This document shows positions 1 through 8,419 of a DNA stretch of 64,000 nt, piece after piece. This DNA is from a virus. Taxonomy: Duplodnaviria > Heunggongvirae > Uroviricota > Caudoviricetes. Under the pieces are notes generated by a model. The model made no database searches, was not told the origin of the DNA, and was given only the letters and a program-made list of their open reading frames with translations. Location: IMG/VR virus record IMGVR_UViG_3300023174_000034, one strand, 5' to 3'. The translations under genes were made by a program, and so were the position numbers. How positions within the stretch are numbered: the first letter of the stretch is position 1; every line of letters starts with the position of its first letter.

Positions 1-984
1 ATGGGTCGTAGAGGCGATCGCGACCATCAGATCTTTAACATTGCCAACGACTTTGCAGTCAACGCAGACTTGATTGATCAGAAAGTTGGTGAGCGTATTA
101 GTGTGGTAGGCATGCTGTACGATCCCAAATACCGCGGCATGATGAGTGAAGAAATCTATGACGACTTGATGAAGAATGTCAAGAAGATCAACTTGCAAGA
201 CTTGATTGACCAGATGCTGGATGAGCACTTGGATGGCGACGGTGATGGCGACGGTGACGAAGAAGACGAAAACGGCAACAAAAAAGGCAATGGTCGTCCC
301 AAGCTCACTGAAGAAGAAAAGCAAGCAATCAAAGATGAATTGCGTGAGGCTGTGCTCAATGCCGCACAACAAGCAGGTGCAGGTAACTTGCCTGCAGGTG
401 TCAAGCGACTGATTAGCGACTTGACTGATCCAGTGATTGACTGGCGCACCCTGTTGGAGCAACAGATCCAGAGCACTATCAAGAGTGACTTTAGCTGGAT
501 GAAGCCTAGCCGACGCGGTTGGCACATGGATGCAGTCATGCCAGGTATGTTGCCGGGCAATCAGATTGATGTATTCATTGGCATGGACACTTCGGGTAGT
601 ATCAGCGAGCGTGACATCAAGGACTTCCTGAGCGAGATCAAAGGCATCATGGAAAGCTACGATGAGTACAAGATCCATGTGGTCACTTGGGATACTGAAG
701 TGTACAATCATCAGATCTTCACAAGCGACAACCTCAGTGACATCGAGTCATACGAGCCACAAGGTGGTGGCGGTACTGATCCCATGTGCGTGTGGCAGTT
801 CTTGAAAGAAAACGACATTGAGCCTAAAAAGCTGATCATGTTCACTGACTACTGTTTCTTTGGTTGGAATCCTGAAGAAGTTGAGCCATATGCTGATACA
901 GTTTGGATCATCAAAGGCAACCCTAGTGCTGAGCCAGAGTTTGGTGTGTGGGCACACTACGACGAAGCCAAGAAAGGTCGATAA
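1..984 (+). CDS. VWA (MIDAS) domain protein, DUF2201/metallopeptidase-VWA type; 5' end probably truncated by the window
   Basis: MIDAS motif DTSGS, GGGGTDP and MFTD downstream motifs; acidic DGDGDGDG linker; WRTLLEQ..SWMKPSRR pattern typical of phage VWA partners of MoxR ATPases. Confidence 0.8.
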   Translation: MGRRGDRDHQIFNIANDFAVNADLIDQKVGERISVVGMLYDPKYRGMMSEEIYDDLMKNVKKINLQDLIDQMLDEHLDGDGDGDGDEEDENGNKKGNGRPKLTEEEKQAIKDELREAVLNAAQQAGAGNLPAGVKRLISDLTDPVIDWRTLLEQQIQSTIKSDFSWMKPSRRGWHMDAVMPGMLPGNQIDVFIGMDTSGSISERDIKDFLSEIKGIMESYDEYKIHVVTWDTEVYNHQIFTSDNLSDIESYEPQGGGGTDPMCVWQFLKENDIEPKKLIMFTDYCFFGWNPEEVEPYADTVWIIKGNPSAEPEFGVWAHYDEAKKGR

Positions 985-1142
985 TGAACACTGACATGAA
1001 ATGGGCGGCGCTGGCGTTTTTCTTTGTTCTAGGTATTCCAATGGCAGGGCTGGCTTTGAAAGAATATCATATCCACCAATGCCGTGTTGAAGGTATTCGA
1101 GCCAACATGGAACCTGACAAGATTTCTCAAGTGTGCAAATAA
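984..1142 (+). CDS. small hypothetical membrane protein
   Basis: ATG overlaps previous stop (TAATG); hydrophobic WAALAFFFVLGIPMAGLAL segment. Confidence 0.65.
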   Translation: MNTDMKWAALAFFFVLGIPMAGLALKEYHIHQCRVEGIRANMEPDKISQVCK

Positions 1143-1402
1143 TGAAAAAAGTACTAAACTTTATCATATGGTGGTGGCGTAGGCTGGACACATGGCAAAA
1201 GGGTTGGATGGCCGCTGCCTTTGTGTTTGGAGCAGGACTTTCAGCTTCAGAGCCTTATAAAATCTATCTACTGGCAGTATTGCCAGTGTTTGTACTGCTG
1301 TCCGTGCTCAAGTGGGCATTTTGGGACAGTGTCAGAAACGAGTGGATCCGATTCAACAAAGAGCAAGAACGTATTGTGGAGATCATGCGAGACGGTAAGT
1401 AA
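1142..1402 (+). CDS. small hypothetical membrane protein (two TM segments)
   Basis: TAATG coupling to the previous gene; two hydrophobic stretches. Confidence 0.7.
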   Translation: MKKVLNFIIWWWRRLDTWQKGWMAAAFVFGAGLSASEPYKIYLLAVLPVFVLLSVLKWAFWDSVRNEWIRFNKEQERIVEIMRDGK

Positions 1403-1405
1403 TAA

Positions 1406-2050
1406 ATGATTCCACTAAGCATTAGACCTGGGCTGTTTGATACTGCTACACTAGCATCTCTTGAAGAACATGTTCTAAAATGCAGTGAAGTAGTCAATTA
1501 TCATGACCACGAAGGTGTGTGGAAAGACCGTGGAACTGTAGCAAACATCACACATTGGGAATGGGATCATCCTGATGCGGGATACATTCGTGACACACTA
1601 GGTGCTGTACTAGAACCAATCATTGGATCTTTTGTCAGCGTCAAGAGTCACATACTAGACAGTAGGCTTCCGTGGGATGTGCATAACGACTATGTAATTG
1701 AATGCAGTCAAAATCAGCTCAAGCCCTATTGTGTTGTTATGATTCCGCTTGACGCCACACCTGCCAAAACAATTTTCTTCAAGCAAAGTGCAGAGTACAA
1801 AGAGTTTGGTCGCTACAAAGAACAACATGCGCCCATATCAGATCATGTGGCACATGAAGAGTGGAACAGTATGCTGGATCATTGTCGTGTTAAAGATCGT
1901 TTTTGGTTAAGTATCGATCAGGTGTACAACTGGAAGCAAGGCGATTTGATTATTTTTGATCGCCGACAATGGCACTCTAGCGATAACTATCTCACAAATG
2001 GCATTGAACAAAAACGAGCCATTGTCCTGTTTACAAGTCACCCTGAGTAA
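1406..2050 (+). CDS. putative 2OG-Fe(II) dioxygenase-fold protein
   Basis: HxD (VHND), distal His (WHSS) after GDLIIFD, and later Arg (KRAIV): facial triad plus 2OG-binding pattern. Confidence 0.6.
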   Translation: MIPLSIRPGLFDTATLASLEEHVLKCSEVVNYHDHEGVWKDRGTVANITHWEWDHPDAGYIRDTLGAVLEPIIGSFVSVKSHILDSRLPWDVHNDYVIECSQNQLKPYCVVMIPLDATPAKTIFFKQSAEYKEFGRYKEQHAPISDHVAHEEWNSMLDHCRVKDRFWLSIDQVYNWKQGDLIIFDRRQWHSSDNYLTNGIEQKRAIVLFTSHPE

Positions 2051-2058
2051 AGTATAAT
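2030..2058 (+). promoter_or_regulatory. sigma70-type promoter
   Basis: TTTACA (2030-2035), 17-nt spacer, TATAAT (2053-2058); ATG at 2064. Confidence 0.7.
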
Positions 2059-2063
2059 ACATT

Positions 2064-2240
2064 ATGATTTCCTGGACTTACACTATCATCCCAATGGTTC
2101 CTGCCAGCGACGAGATCAATGCCAATGCTACCAAGTTTTTAGATCTCATGAACGAACTTGGTAACATTGGTTACGAACTTGTTTGCGTACACAACGATTG
2201 TCTTATATTCAAAAAACCATGTCCTACATCCGAGACCTGA
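2064..2240 (+). CDS. 58-aa DUF4177-like protein (not in the ORF track)
   Basis: Hand translation MISWTYTIIPMVPASDEINANATKFLDLMNELGNIGYELVCVHNDCLIFKKPCPTSET; WxY...NELGxxGYELV...FKK pattern; directly behind a consensus promoter. Confidence 0.65.
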   Translation: MISWTYTIIPMVPASDEINANATKFLDLMNELGNIGYELVCVHNDCLIFKKPCPTSET

Positions 2241-2509
2241 ATCCGTTAAGTGTACATGGCATGCGCCGCATGGAGCATTGTCCTCCTCATTTTGAACGTG
2301 TTGAATTTGATCTAGCAACTGACGAGAAAAACATCACTGACTGGATATATGTCAACTGTGCTGGCCGCTTTTACTTTGGTGATTATTTTATCATAGACAG
2401 TAACAGTAAGAGGCAAATGTGTAAAGTGGTGGCATTTGAAAATCACAGTGAAGCCAGTTACTTTGGATTGTTTGCTGATCAAATCAACAAACGTAACGAC
2501 CTTTGGTAA
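2219..2509 (+). CDS. hypothetical phage protein
   Basis: ORF fits operon packing; ATG at 2219 chosen as start. Confidence 0.7.
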   Translation: MSYIRDLNPLSVHGMRRMEHCPPHFERVEFDLATDEKNITDWIYVNCAGRFYFGDYFIIDSNSKRQMCKVVAFENHSEASYFGLFADQINKRNDLW

Positions 2510-2531
2510 AGAAAAATATTCGATCATATAC

Positions 2532-2572
2532 GTGCTCTTAAATAATAGTAACAGATTTTACTTGGAGAGCAC
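2532..2572 (+). promoter_or_regulatory. T4-type late promoter core TAAATA inside an RBS-sequestering inverted repeat
   Basis: TAAATA 2539-2544; GTGCTCT (2532-2538)/AGAGCAC (2566-2572) arms; SD GGAG 2564-2567; ATG 2573. Confidence 0.6.
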
Positions 2573-2824
2573 ATGAGCGAAGCCGAAGAAACAACCACGC
2601 AAGAGCAACCAAAAACACCTAGCCTAGGTGTACAGGACTTGGTTACTATTGCCCAAATTATCCAAATAGCCACACAACGTGGTTCATGGAAACCTGAAGA
2701 ATTGAGCACAGTAGGCCTTACCTATGACAAGCTGATTGCTTTCCTAGATGCAGCCGGCGCTGTAGCCAAACCAGACGACACCGCAACGTCAGAAGAACAA
2801 CATGCGGTAGCCCTAGGAGAATAA
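2573..2824 (+). CDS. hypothetical protein
   Basis: GGAG RBS, ORF in operon. Confidence 0.75.
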   Translation: MSEAEETTTQEQPKTPSLGVQDLVTIAQIIQIATQRGSWKPEELSTVGLTYDKLIAFLDAAGAVAKPDDTATSEEQHAVALGE

Positions 2825-2825
2825 A

Positions 2826-3539
2826 ATGTTAAAGCACGTAGTCAAACACAATAACCGCAAAGCGGCTCTATTATATCGTCAAGTGCCTGGTGAAGATCAC
2901 ATGTGCCTTTTGGTATATAGTGACTTGCTACCACGCATGATCCACGATGAAATCATGAAGGTACTAGAAAGTGCAGTTGGCCAACAAGCCAATGATCTAG
3001 CTGATGCACTATTTCGCAACATCATGCCCGATGGTAAGAATACCTTACATGTATTACATACAGATGGCATGATTCAAAAGGTGCCATGCAACCAAGTGGT
3101 TGTACAAGCAAACGCCAAATCAAATGTTCGATTGGATGAGCTGAACGGCATCCTAAACGAAATGGCTCAAGGCCAGGAAGCAGTACAACGTCTTGCTGAA
3201 CTTGATGCTAAAGTAACTGGTTGGACACCTGCACAGCAAACTGAGCAGAATGCCAAGAATGCCGCAAAGAAAAGAGCCAAGCAAGATGAAGGCCGCGAAG
3301 TTGGAGTGCCACCAAATGCGGCCCGGCCTGTCGACCTTCCTACTGTGACAGAAAGTGCATTGTCAAACATTGATATTGCACAAAATCTTCTAGACCAAGC
3401 AGAACGCATGAAGCAACAAGCCGCTAGCATGTTAGCCGAAGTCACAAAATTAACCAACCAAGCAATCGCGTTAACTCCAGCGCCAGCCGTGAAGGTAACA
3501 AAAGCAAATGGCACGAAAACCAAAGTCAAAGCGAATTAA
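2826..3539 (+). CDS. hypothetical protein with C-terminal coiled coil
   Basis: AGGAG RBS, 237-aa ORF. Confidence 0.8.
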   Translation: MLKHVVKHNNRKAALLYRQVPGEDHMCLLVYSDLLPRMIHDEIMKVLESAVGQQANDLADALFRNIMPDGKNTLHVLHTDGMIQKVPCNQVVVQANAKSNVRLDELNGILNEMAQGQEAVQRLAELDAKVTGWTPAQQTEQNAKNAAKKRAKQDEGREVGVPPNAARPVDLPTVTESALSNIDIAQNLLDQAERMKQQAASMLAEVTKLTNQAIALTPAPAVKVTKANGTKTKVKAN

Positions 3540-3834
3540 CGTAGACACAAGAGATCGTTGGAAACAAATTCTTAAAACAGTAAGCAAGGATGAAGTTCCT
3601 GTATCGCTACTAGAGAAAGTTCATGTTAATTTAATTGATGGCAGTACAGTAGAAGTAGACATAGCTCAGTTGTTATCAGAAGGGATGCACCCAGATGAAA
3701 TCAAAGATGAGTTAAATGACCGACTCAAGAAGATGGATGAAATTATCAAGGACGTTGATTTCTTCATCTCCATTGAGAACGTGGCAAAAACTGTACAACC
3801 TGTCACCGACGATATCTTAAAAACTCTCACATGA
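3508..3834 (+). CDS. hypothetical protein
   Basis: ORF overlaps both neighbours in operon fashion. Confidence 0.75.
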   Translation: MARKPKSKRINVDTRDRWKQILKTVSKDEVPVSLLEKVHVNLIDGSTVEVDIAQLLSEGMHPDEIKDELNDRLKKMDEIIKDVDFFISIENVAKTVQPVTDDILKTLT

Positions 3835-4346
3835 TCCGCAGTATATTTTCTATAGACCAGCGGGGAGGCCTAGGCAACAAAGGCTCTCTGCCATGGGCCA
3901 GTGACTCAGAAGATATGGCATGGTTCAAAGAAGCCACGACTAATGGCGTGGTTATCATGGGGCGGCGTACCTGGAACGATCCCAAGATGCCCAAGCCGTT
4001 ACCAGATAGAATCAATGTTGTATTGAGCAGTATGCCAGTTGTATCTGCCAGCAAGAGTGTGTTCACCCGTTCAGGCGATATACGTAGTATATTGTTAGAC
4101 GTACAAGGTCGTTGGCCCGGAAAAGATGTCTGGATCATTGGCGGTTCCGAACTGCTGATGGAAAGCAAAGACTACTGTGATGAAATGTGGATTGCACATC
4201 GCAAAGGCGCATACTTTACAGATGTGCGTGTTGACCTAAACAAATACATGACAGGAACTAGAATATTAAGTTCTGTTCCCAATCAAGCTCGCACCATCAA
4301 CTGGTGTACTTATAGAAACATAGATTTATTTAGACCATACCTATGA
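3831..4346 (+). CDS. folA: dihydrofolate reductase
   Basis: GLGNKGSLPW, EDMAWFK, VIMGRRTW, PLPDRINVVLS, IIGG motifs; adjacent to thyA. Confidence 0.95.
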   Translation: MIRSIFSIDQRGGLGNKGSLPWASDSEDMAWFKEATTNGVVIMGRRTWNDPKMPKPLPDRINVVLSSMPVVSASKSVFTRSGDIRSILLDVQGRWPGKDVWIIGGSELLMESKDYCDEMWIAHRKGAYFTDVRVDLNKYMTGTRILSSVPNQARTINWCTYRNIDLFRPYL

Positions 4347-5251
4347 AAACATACCTTGATGCACTACAACAAGTATTAGATACAGGTGTTACTCGCAAGG
4401 ATCGTACCGGTACTGGTACTATTGGTGTATTTGGTATGCAACAACGCTATGATCTGAGCACGGGCTTTCCTGCTGTGACTACCAAGAAGCTGGCATGGCG
4501 AAGTGTTGTGTCCGAGTTGCTGTGGTTCATTGAAGGGTCAGGGGACGAAAATAGGCTGCGAGAGATATTACATGGTAGCACCGAGTCTAGCAAGACAACC
4601 ATCTGGTCTGCCAATGCCACAGCACCATATTGGACACCCCGAGCAAAGTATCCAGGCGACCTGGGTCGTGTGTATGGTGTACAATGGCGCCACTGGCGCA
4701 CCCCTATGGAAACTGGTGGATCATTTACGAATGACTTTGGTCATTCGTTTAGTGTAAGAGAAGGTATCAATATAGTAGAAGTTGATCAGATCAAACAGCT
4801 GATCGAGGGTATAAAAGCAGACCCATACGGAAGACGACATATATTATCAGCGTGGAACCCAGGTGAATTAAACTTGATGGCCCTGCCACCGTGTCATTGC
4901 TTTGCACAATTTTATGTAGCAGATGGTCGACTCAGTTGCCAGATGTATCAAAGAAGTTGCGACATGTTTTTAGGTGTCCCCTTTAATATCGCTAGCTACA
5001 GCCTGTTAACGGCCATGATAGCTCAAGTGTGCGGCCTTGAGGTCGGGGAGTTCGTTCACGTTCTCGGCGATGCACACATCTACCTAAATCATGTTGATCA
5101 GGTAAAAGAACAACTCACACGTGAACCCTTGCCTGCGCCAACTCTTTGGTTGAATCCTGACGTAACTGATATCACCCGGTTCAGTATGGACGATATTCGG
5201 TTAAATGACTACCAGTCACTCTCTAGTATATCTGCATCAATGGCTGTATAA
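4343..5251 (+). CDS. thyA: thymidylate synthase
   Basis: DRTGTGT, LPPCH catalytic Cys, YQRSCD, GVPFNIASY, GDAHIY. Confidence 0.97.
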   Translation: MKTYLDALQQVLDTGVTRKDRTGTGTIGVFGMQQRYDLSTGFPAVTTKKLAWRSVVSELLWFIEGSGDENRLREILHGSTESSKTTIWSANATAPYWTPRAKYPGDLGRVYGVQWRHWRTPMETGGSFTNDFGHSFSVREGINIVEVDQIKQLIEGIKADPYGRRHILSAWNPGELNLMALPPCHCFAQFYVADGRLSCQMYQRSCDMFLGVPFNIASYSLLTAMIAQVCGLEVGEFVHVLGDAHIYLNHVDQVKEQLTREPLPAPTLWLNPDVTDITRFSMDDIRLNDYQSLSSISASMAV

Positions 5252-5258
5252 TACAGAC

Positions 5259-5492
5259 ATGATACTGTTCAAAGAAATTGCCATGGGCGATGTCGAGGAT
5301 CCAGAGCTCTACGCGGCCTTCCCAATCAATGAGTGGGAAAAAAGCGAAGTAGGTCAATGGGTCATGGCCCATGCTGTTGAGACTCCTAGTTTTCGTATTG
5401 TAATTAACCATCAAAGTTATGGTTACATGGTACAGATCTACGGCAAGCTTCGCGAGCAGGACGAAATAATTTATAGGTTAAAATACACATGA
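5259..5492 (+). CDS. hypothetical protein
   Basis: ATG 6 nt after TATAAT (5247-5252); fills the gap between thyA and the epimerase gene. Confidence 0.7.
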   Translation: MILFKEIAMGDVEDPELYAAFPINEWEKSEVGQWVMAHAVETPSFRIVINHQSYGYMVQIYGKLREQDEIIYRLKYT

Positions 5493-6466
5493 ACATTTTA
5501 GTAACAGGTGGGTGTGGTCTTATTGGACACAATGTTGTTAGTCAGCTGGAGCAACTGGGACACACGGTTGCTGTAACAGATACCAAAACAAACTACGGTA
5601 TCATTCCGCAAGAGGAAATTGATTACCTCATGAGCGAACGTCTTAAAAAGATCACGTCACCGGTGTACGGTGCAGACATTGCCAGTGACTCAATGGATTA
5701 CTTGTGCAAGAAGCACAGCATAGAAACTATTGTACATCTGGCCAGCTTGCCCAGACAAAAAGTTGTTAATGCAAATCCCATGTTGGGTGCAAGAACAATG
5801 ATGGAAGGCCTACTTAATCTACTGGAAACTGCACGTACAAACAATGTTAAAAAGTTTGTGTACGTCAGTAGTTCAATGGTATACGGTGACTTTGATAATA
5901 ATGTGACCGAAGATGCGCTGTGCAAGCCAATTGGGCAGTATGGCATTATGAAACTTGCAGGAGAAGACCTTGTCAAAGATTATACCCGTCGTGGTTGTTT
6001 TGATCACACTATTATCCGTCCCAGTGCTGTTTATGGGCCACTTGATGTTGAAGACCGAGTCGTTGCCAAATTCATGCTCACAGCAATGCGCGGCGGAGTG
6101 CTCCGAGTTAATGGAGCAAACGAAACCCTAGACTTTACCTACAGCGAAGATGCGGCCCGAGGCATTGTTGCTGCCACACTGTGTGATGCCGCAAACAACA
6201 AAACCTATAACATCACAAAAAGTCACTCTGTCAGCTTGTTAGAAGCCGCACAAAAGATCATGAATATTGCGTGTAACGGTACTATCGAAGTGCGTGACAA
6301 AGATGCAGACTTCCCGAGTCGTGGCGCTCTAAATATTGATGCGGCTCGAGAAGACTTTGGATTTGATCCGCAAGTGGATGTGCAAGAAGGATTCCACAAA
6401 TACTATGAATGGTTAAAACACAGCCCATACTGGCAGAAGAAACTAAATGAAGATTCCATTCACTAA
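5489..6466 (+). CDS. NAD-dependent nucleotide-sugar epimerase/dehydratase (extended SDR)
   Basis: GGCGLIG Rossmann motif, SSSMVYG, YGIMK (YxxxK), RPSAVYGP. Confidence 0.92.
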   Translation: MNILVTGGCGLIGHNVVSQLEQLGHTVAVTDTKTNYGIIPQEEIDYLMSERLKKITSPVYGADIASDSMDYLCKKHSIETIVHLASLPRQKVVNANPMLGARTMMEGLLNLLETARTNNVKKFVYVSSSMVYGDFDNNVTEDALCKPIGQYGIMKLAGEDLVKDYTRRGCFDHTIIRPSAVYGPLDVEDRVVAKFMLTAMRGGVLRVNGANETLDFTYSEDAARGIVAATLCDAANNKTYNITKSHSVSLLEAAQKIMNIACNGTIEVRDKDADFPSRGALNIDAAREDFGFDPQVDVQEGFHKYYEWLKHSPYWQKKLNEDSIH

Positions 6467-7532
6467 TCTATATCAGCAGTACCTGGACTGCAAACCAGAA
6501 ATTGATTCGGCCATTGCAAAGGTCATTGCTTCCAGCAGTTTCATTACAGGACCAGACGTCACAAAGTTTGAATCAGAATTTGCACAATACGTAGGCGCCG
6601 AGGATTGTGCCAGCACAGGTTCGGGTACCACAGCATTGCTGTGTGCCATGCGAGCCTTAGGCATTGGGGAAGGTGACGAAGTGCTGACTACCCCACATAC
6701 GTTTGTGGCCACAACAGAAGCCATTGTTAGTGTGGGTGCCACGCCGGTGTTTGTGGACATTGATCCAGACACACATCTAATAGATCTAGATCTATTGGAA
6801 CAGGCAATCACTCCTTATACTTGTGCTATCTTGTTTGTGGATATCTACGGACAATGTCCAGACATGCAACGACTGAATGCTATCCGTGAAAAATACGACT
6901 TGTACATTGTGGAAGATGCCGCACATAGCCTAGGCAATACATTCATGGGTCGTACTGTCGGCAGCTTTGCCGACATCACTTGTTTCAGTTTCAATCCTGT
7001 GAAAAACTTGGGTGCCATGGGCGATGCAGGTTGTGCAGTAGGACAGAAGATACTGATGGATCAGGTACGTATGTATCGCGATCACGGACGTACAGGGCGC
7101 TACGACATCGTGGAGATAGGATATAATGCACGTATCGACAACATGCAAAGCAATATCGTACTGGCCAAACTGCCTAAACTATACACCTGGTTAGAACGCA
7201 AGCGTACAATCTGTGCCTACTACAATCATCATCTCAAAGATGTGGTCAAGACTGTTAAAAGAGTGCAAGGTAACAGTCACAGTTACTATGTGTACGTTAT
7301 ACAAACGCCACAGCGTGACGGTCTCCGCAAGTTCTTGGAAGCCAAAGGTATTGGTACCAACATACACTATGCTACCACCACACACCAACAACCTGCATAC
7401 CTGCCTTGGTATCGTCCTTGCCCGGTAGCAGAACGTACAGTAAACGAAATCCTCAGCTTGCCGTGTTGGCCAAGCATGACCGACGAAGAAGTCAACTATG
7501 TGGTCGACTGTGTCAAGGAGTTCTTTCAATGA
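6447..7532 (+). CDS. DegT/DnrJ/EryC1/StrS PLP-dependent sugar aminotransferase
   Basis: SGTTAL, GDEV, TFVAT, EDAAHS, SFNPVKNLGAMGDAG (PLP Lys), GYNARID, LSLP. Confidence 0.95.
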   Translation: MKIPFTNLYQQYLDCKPEIDSAIAKVIASSSFITGPDVTKFESEFAQYVGAEDCASTGSGTTALLCAMRALGIGEGDEVLTTPHTFVATTEAIVSVGATPVFVDIDPDTHLIDLDLLEQAITPYTCAILFVDIYGQCPDMQRLNAIREKYDLYIVEDAAHSLGNTFMGRTVGSFADITCFSFNPVKNLGAMGDAGCAVGQKILMDQVRMYRDHGRTGRYDIVEIGYNARIDNMQSNIVLAKLPKLYTWLERKRTICAYYNHHLKDVVKTVKRVQGNSHSYYVYVIQTPQRDGLRKFLEAKGIGTNIHYATTTHQQPAYLPWYRPCPVAERTVNEILSLPCWPSMTDEEVNYVVDCVKEFFQ

Positions 7533-8419
7533 ACATGTGGCTGGTTGGTGCAGGCTACTGGGGTAGTAAACTGCTATCTGGGTTAGAAAAGCTAGGCGTA
7601 AATGGCCAAGTGATTGATATCAAAAACGGACAGACCATTGATGATATCAACGACCAAGGCCCTGTGATGCTGGCCACACCCTTGTGGGAACACTTTGGTC
7701 AGACCATGGAACTGCTGAGTCGTGGACACGATGTGTATGTAGAAAAGCCAGCGGCAGAATCCTGTGTTGAGGTCAGCAAGATGTCAGCAATGCTGAGAGA
7801 AGACCAACTGCTCATGGTAGGACATATCTTTATACATCATCCGCAGTTGGCTGAAATTAAAAATCTTATTGCTTCAGATAAAATAGGAAAGTTAGAACAT
7901 GTTACTAGCCGACGACTCAATTGGGGCATTTACCAAACACGCACCACACCTGTGCTAAGCCTTGCCGCACATGATATTAGTATTATCCTAGACGTGTGCG
8001 GCAACGAAGCCAGCATCTACGATGCCCACGGTTATTGTCACAGCGAGAATACACAATTTGATCGTGTGGTATTCCGCGGCGCCGCTGGCGGAATTACGTT
8101 TGATATTGATGTAAGCTGGACATGGCCTGTACGCACACGTGAAACAATTTTTCATGGCACTAAAGGACAAATTGTTTGGGACCAGGATGCTAATACTGTG
8201 ACTTTGTTTGGCAATCATATTGCAAACAATCGTGCTGTTGCTGATCCTAGTCCTGTTGTTAGCACATACCACTGGGACCTAACGCCACTGGAGTTTGAAT
8301 TAAAGCACTGGGTACACTGTGTCAACACACGCACTAGGCCACTGACAGGCGTGAGTAGTGCTTATCATGTGGCACGAGTTATTGATCAGGTTCATAACGA
8401 GATTGGAAGAAGGCCCTGA
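7529..8419 (+). CDS. Gfo/Idh/MocA family oxidoreductase (sugar dehydrogenase)
   Basis: VGAGYWG, VEKP, VGH, AAHD motifs; ATGA coupling to the aminotransferase gene. Confidence 0.88.
   Translation: MNMWLVGAGYWGSKLLSGLEKLGVNGQVIDIKNGQTIDDINDQGPVMLATPLWEHFGQTMELLSRGHDVYVEKPAAESCVEVSKMSAMLREDQLLMVGHIFIHHPQLAEIKNLIASDKIGKLEHVTSRRLNWGIYQTRTTPVLSLAAHDISIILDVCGNEASIYDAHGYCHSENTQFDRVVFRGAAGGITFDIDVSWTWPVRTRETIFHGTKGQIVWDQDANTVTLFGNHIANNRAVADPSPVVSTYHWDLTPLEFELKHWVHCVNTRTRPLTGVSSAYHVARVIDQVHNEIGRRP

Noticed and set aside
231-262. GAC/GGT/GAT/GGC short tandem repeat
   Set aside because: It simply encodes the acidic DGDGDG linker of the VWA protein; not a CRISPR or regulatory array.
4343-5251. ThyA as a dCMP/dUMP hydroxymethylase for DNA hypermodification
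   Set aside because: It keeps the dUMP-specifying Asn (PFNIASY) and all canonical ThyA motifs, and is paired with DHFR, as expected for ordinary dTMP synthesis.
5244-5256. CTGTATAATACAG palindrome as a LexA/SOS box
   Set aside because: Spacing is CTGT-N5-ACAG rather than N8; it coincides with the thyA stop and a -10 element.
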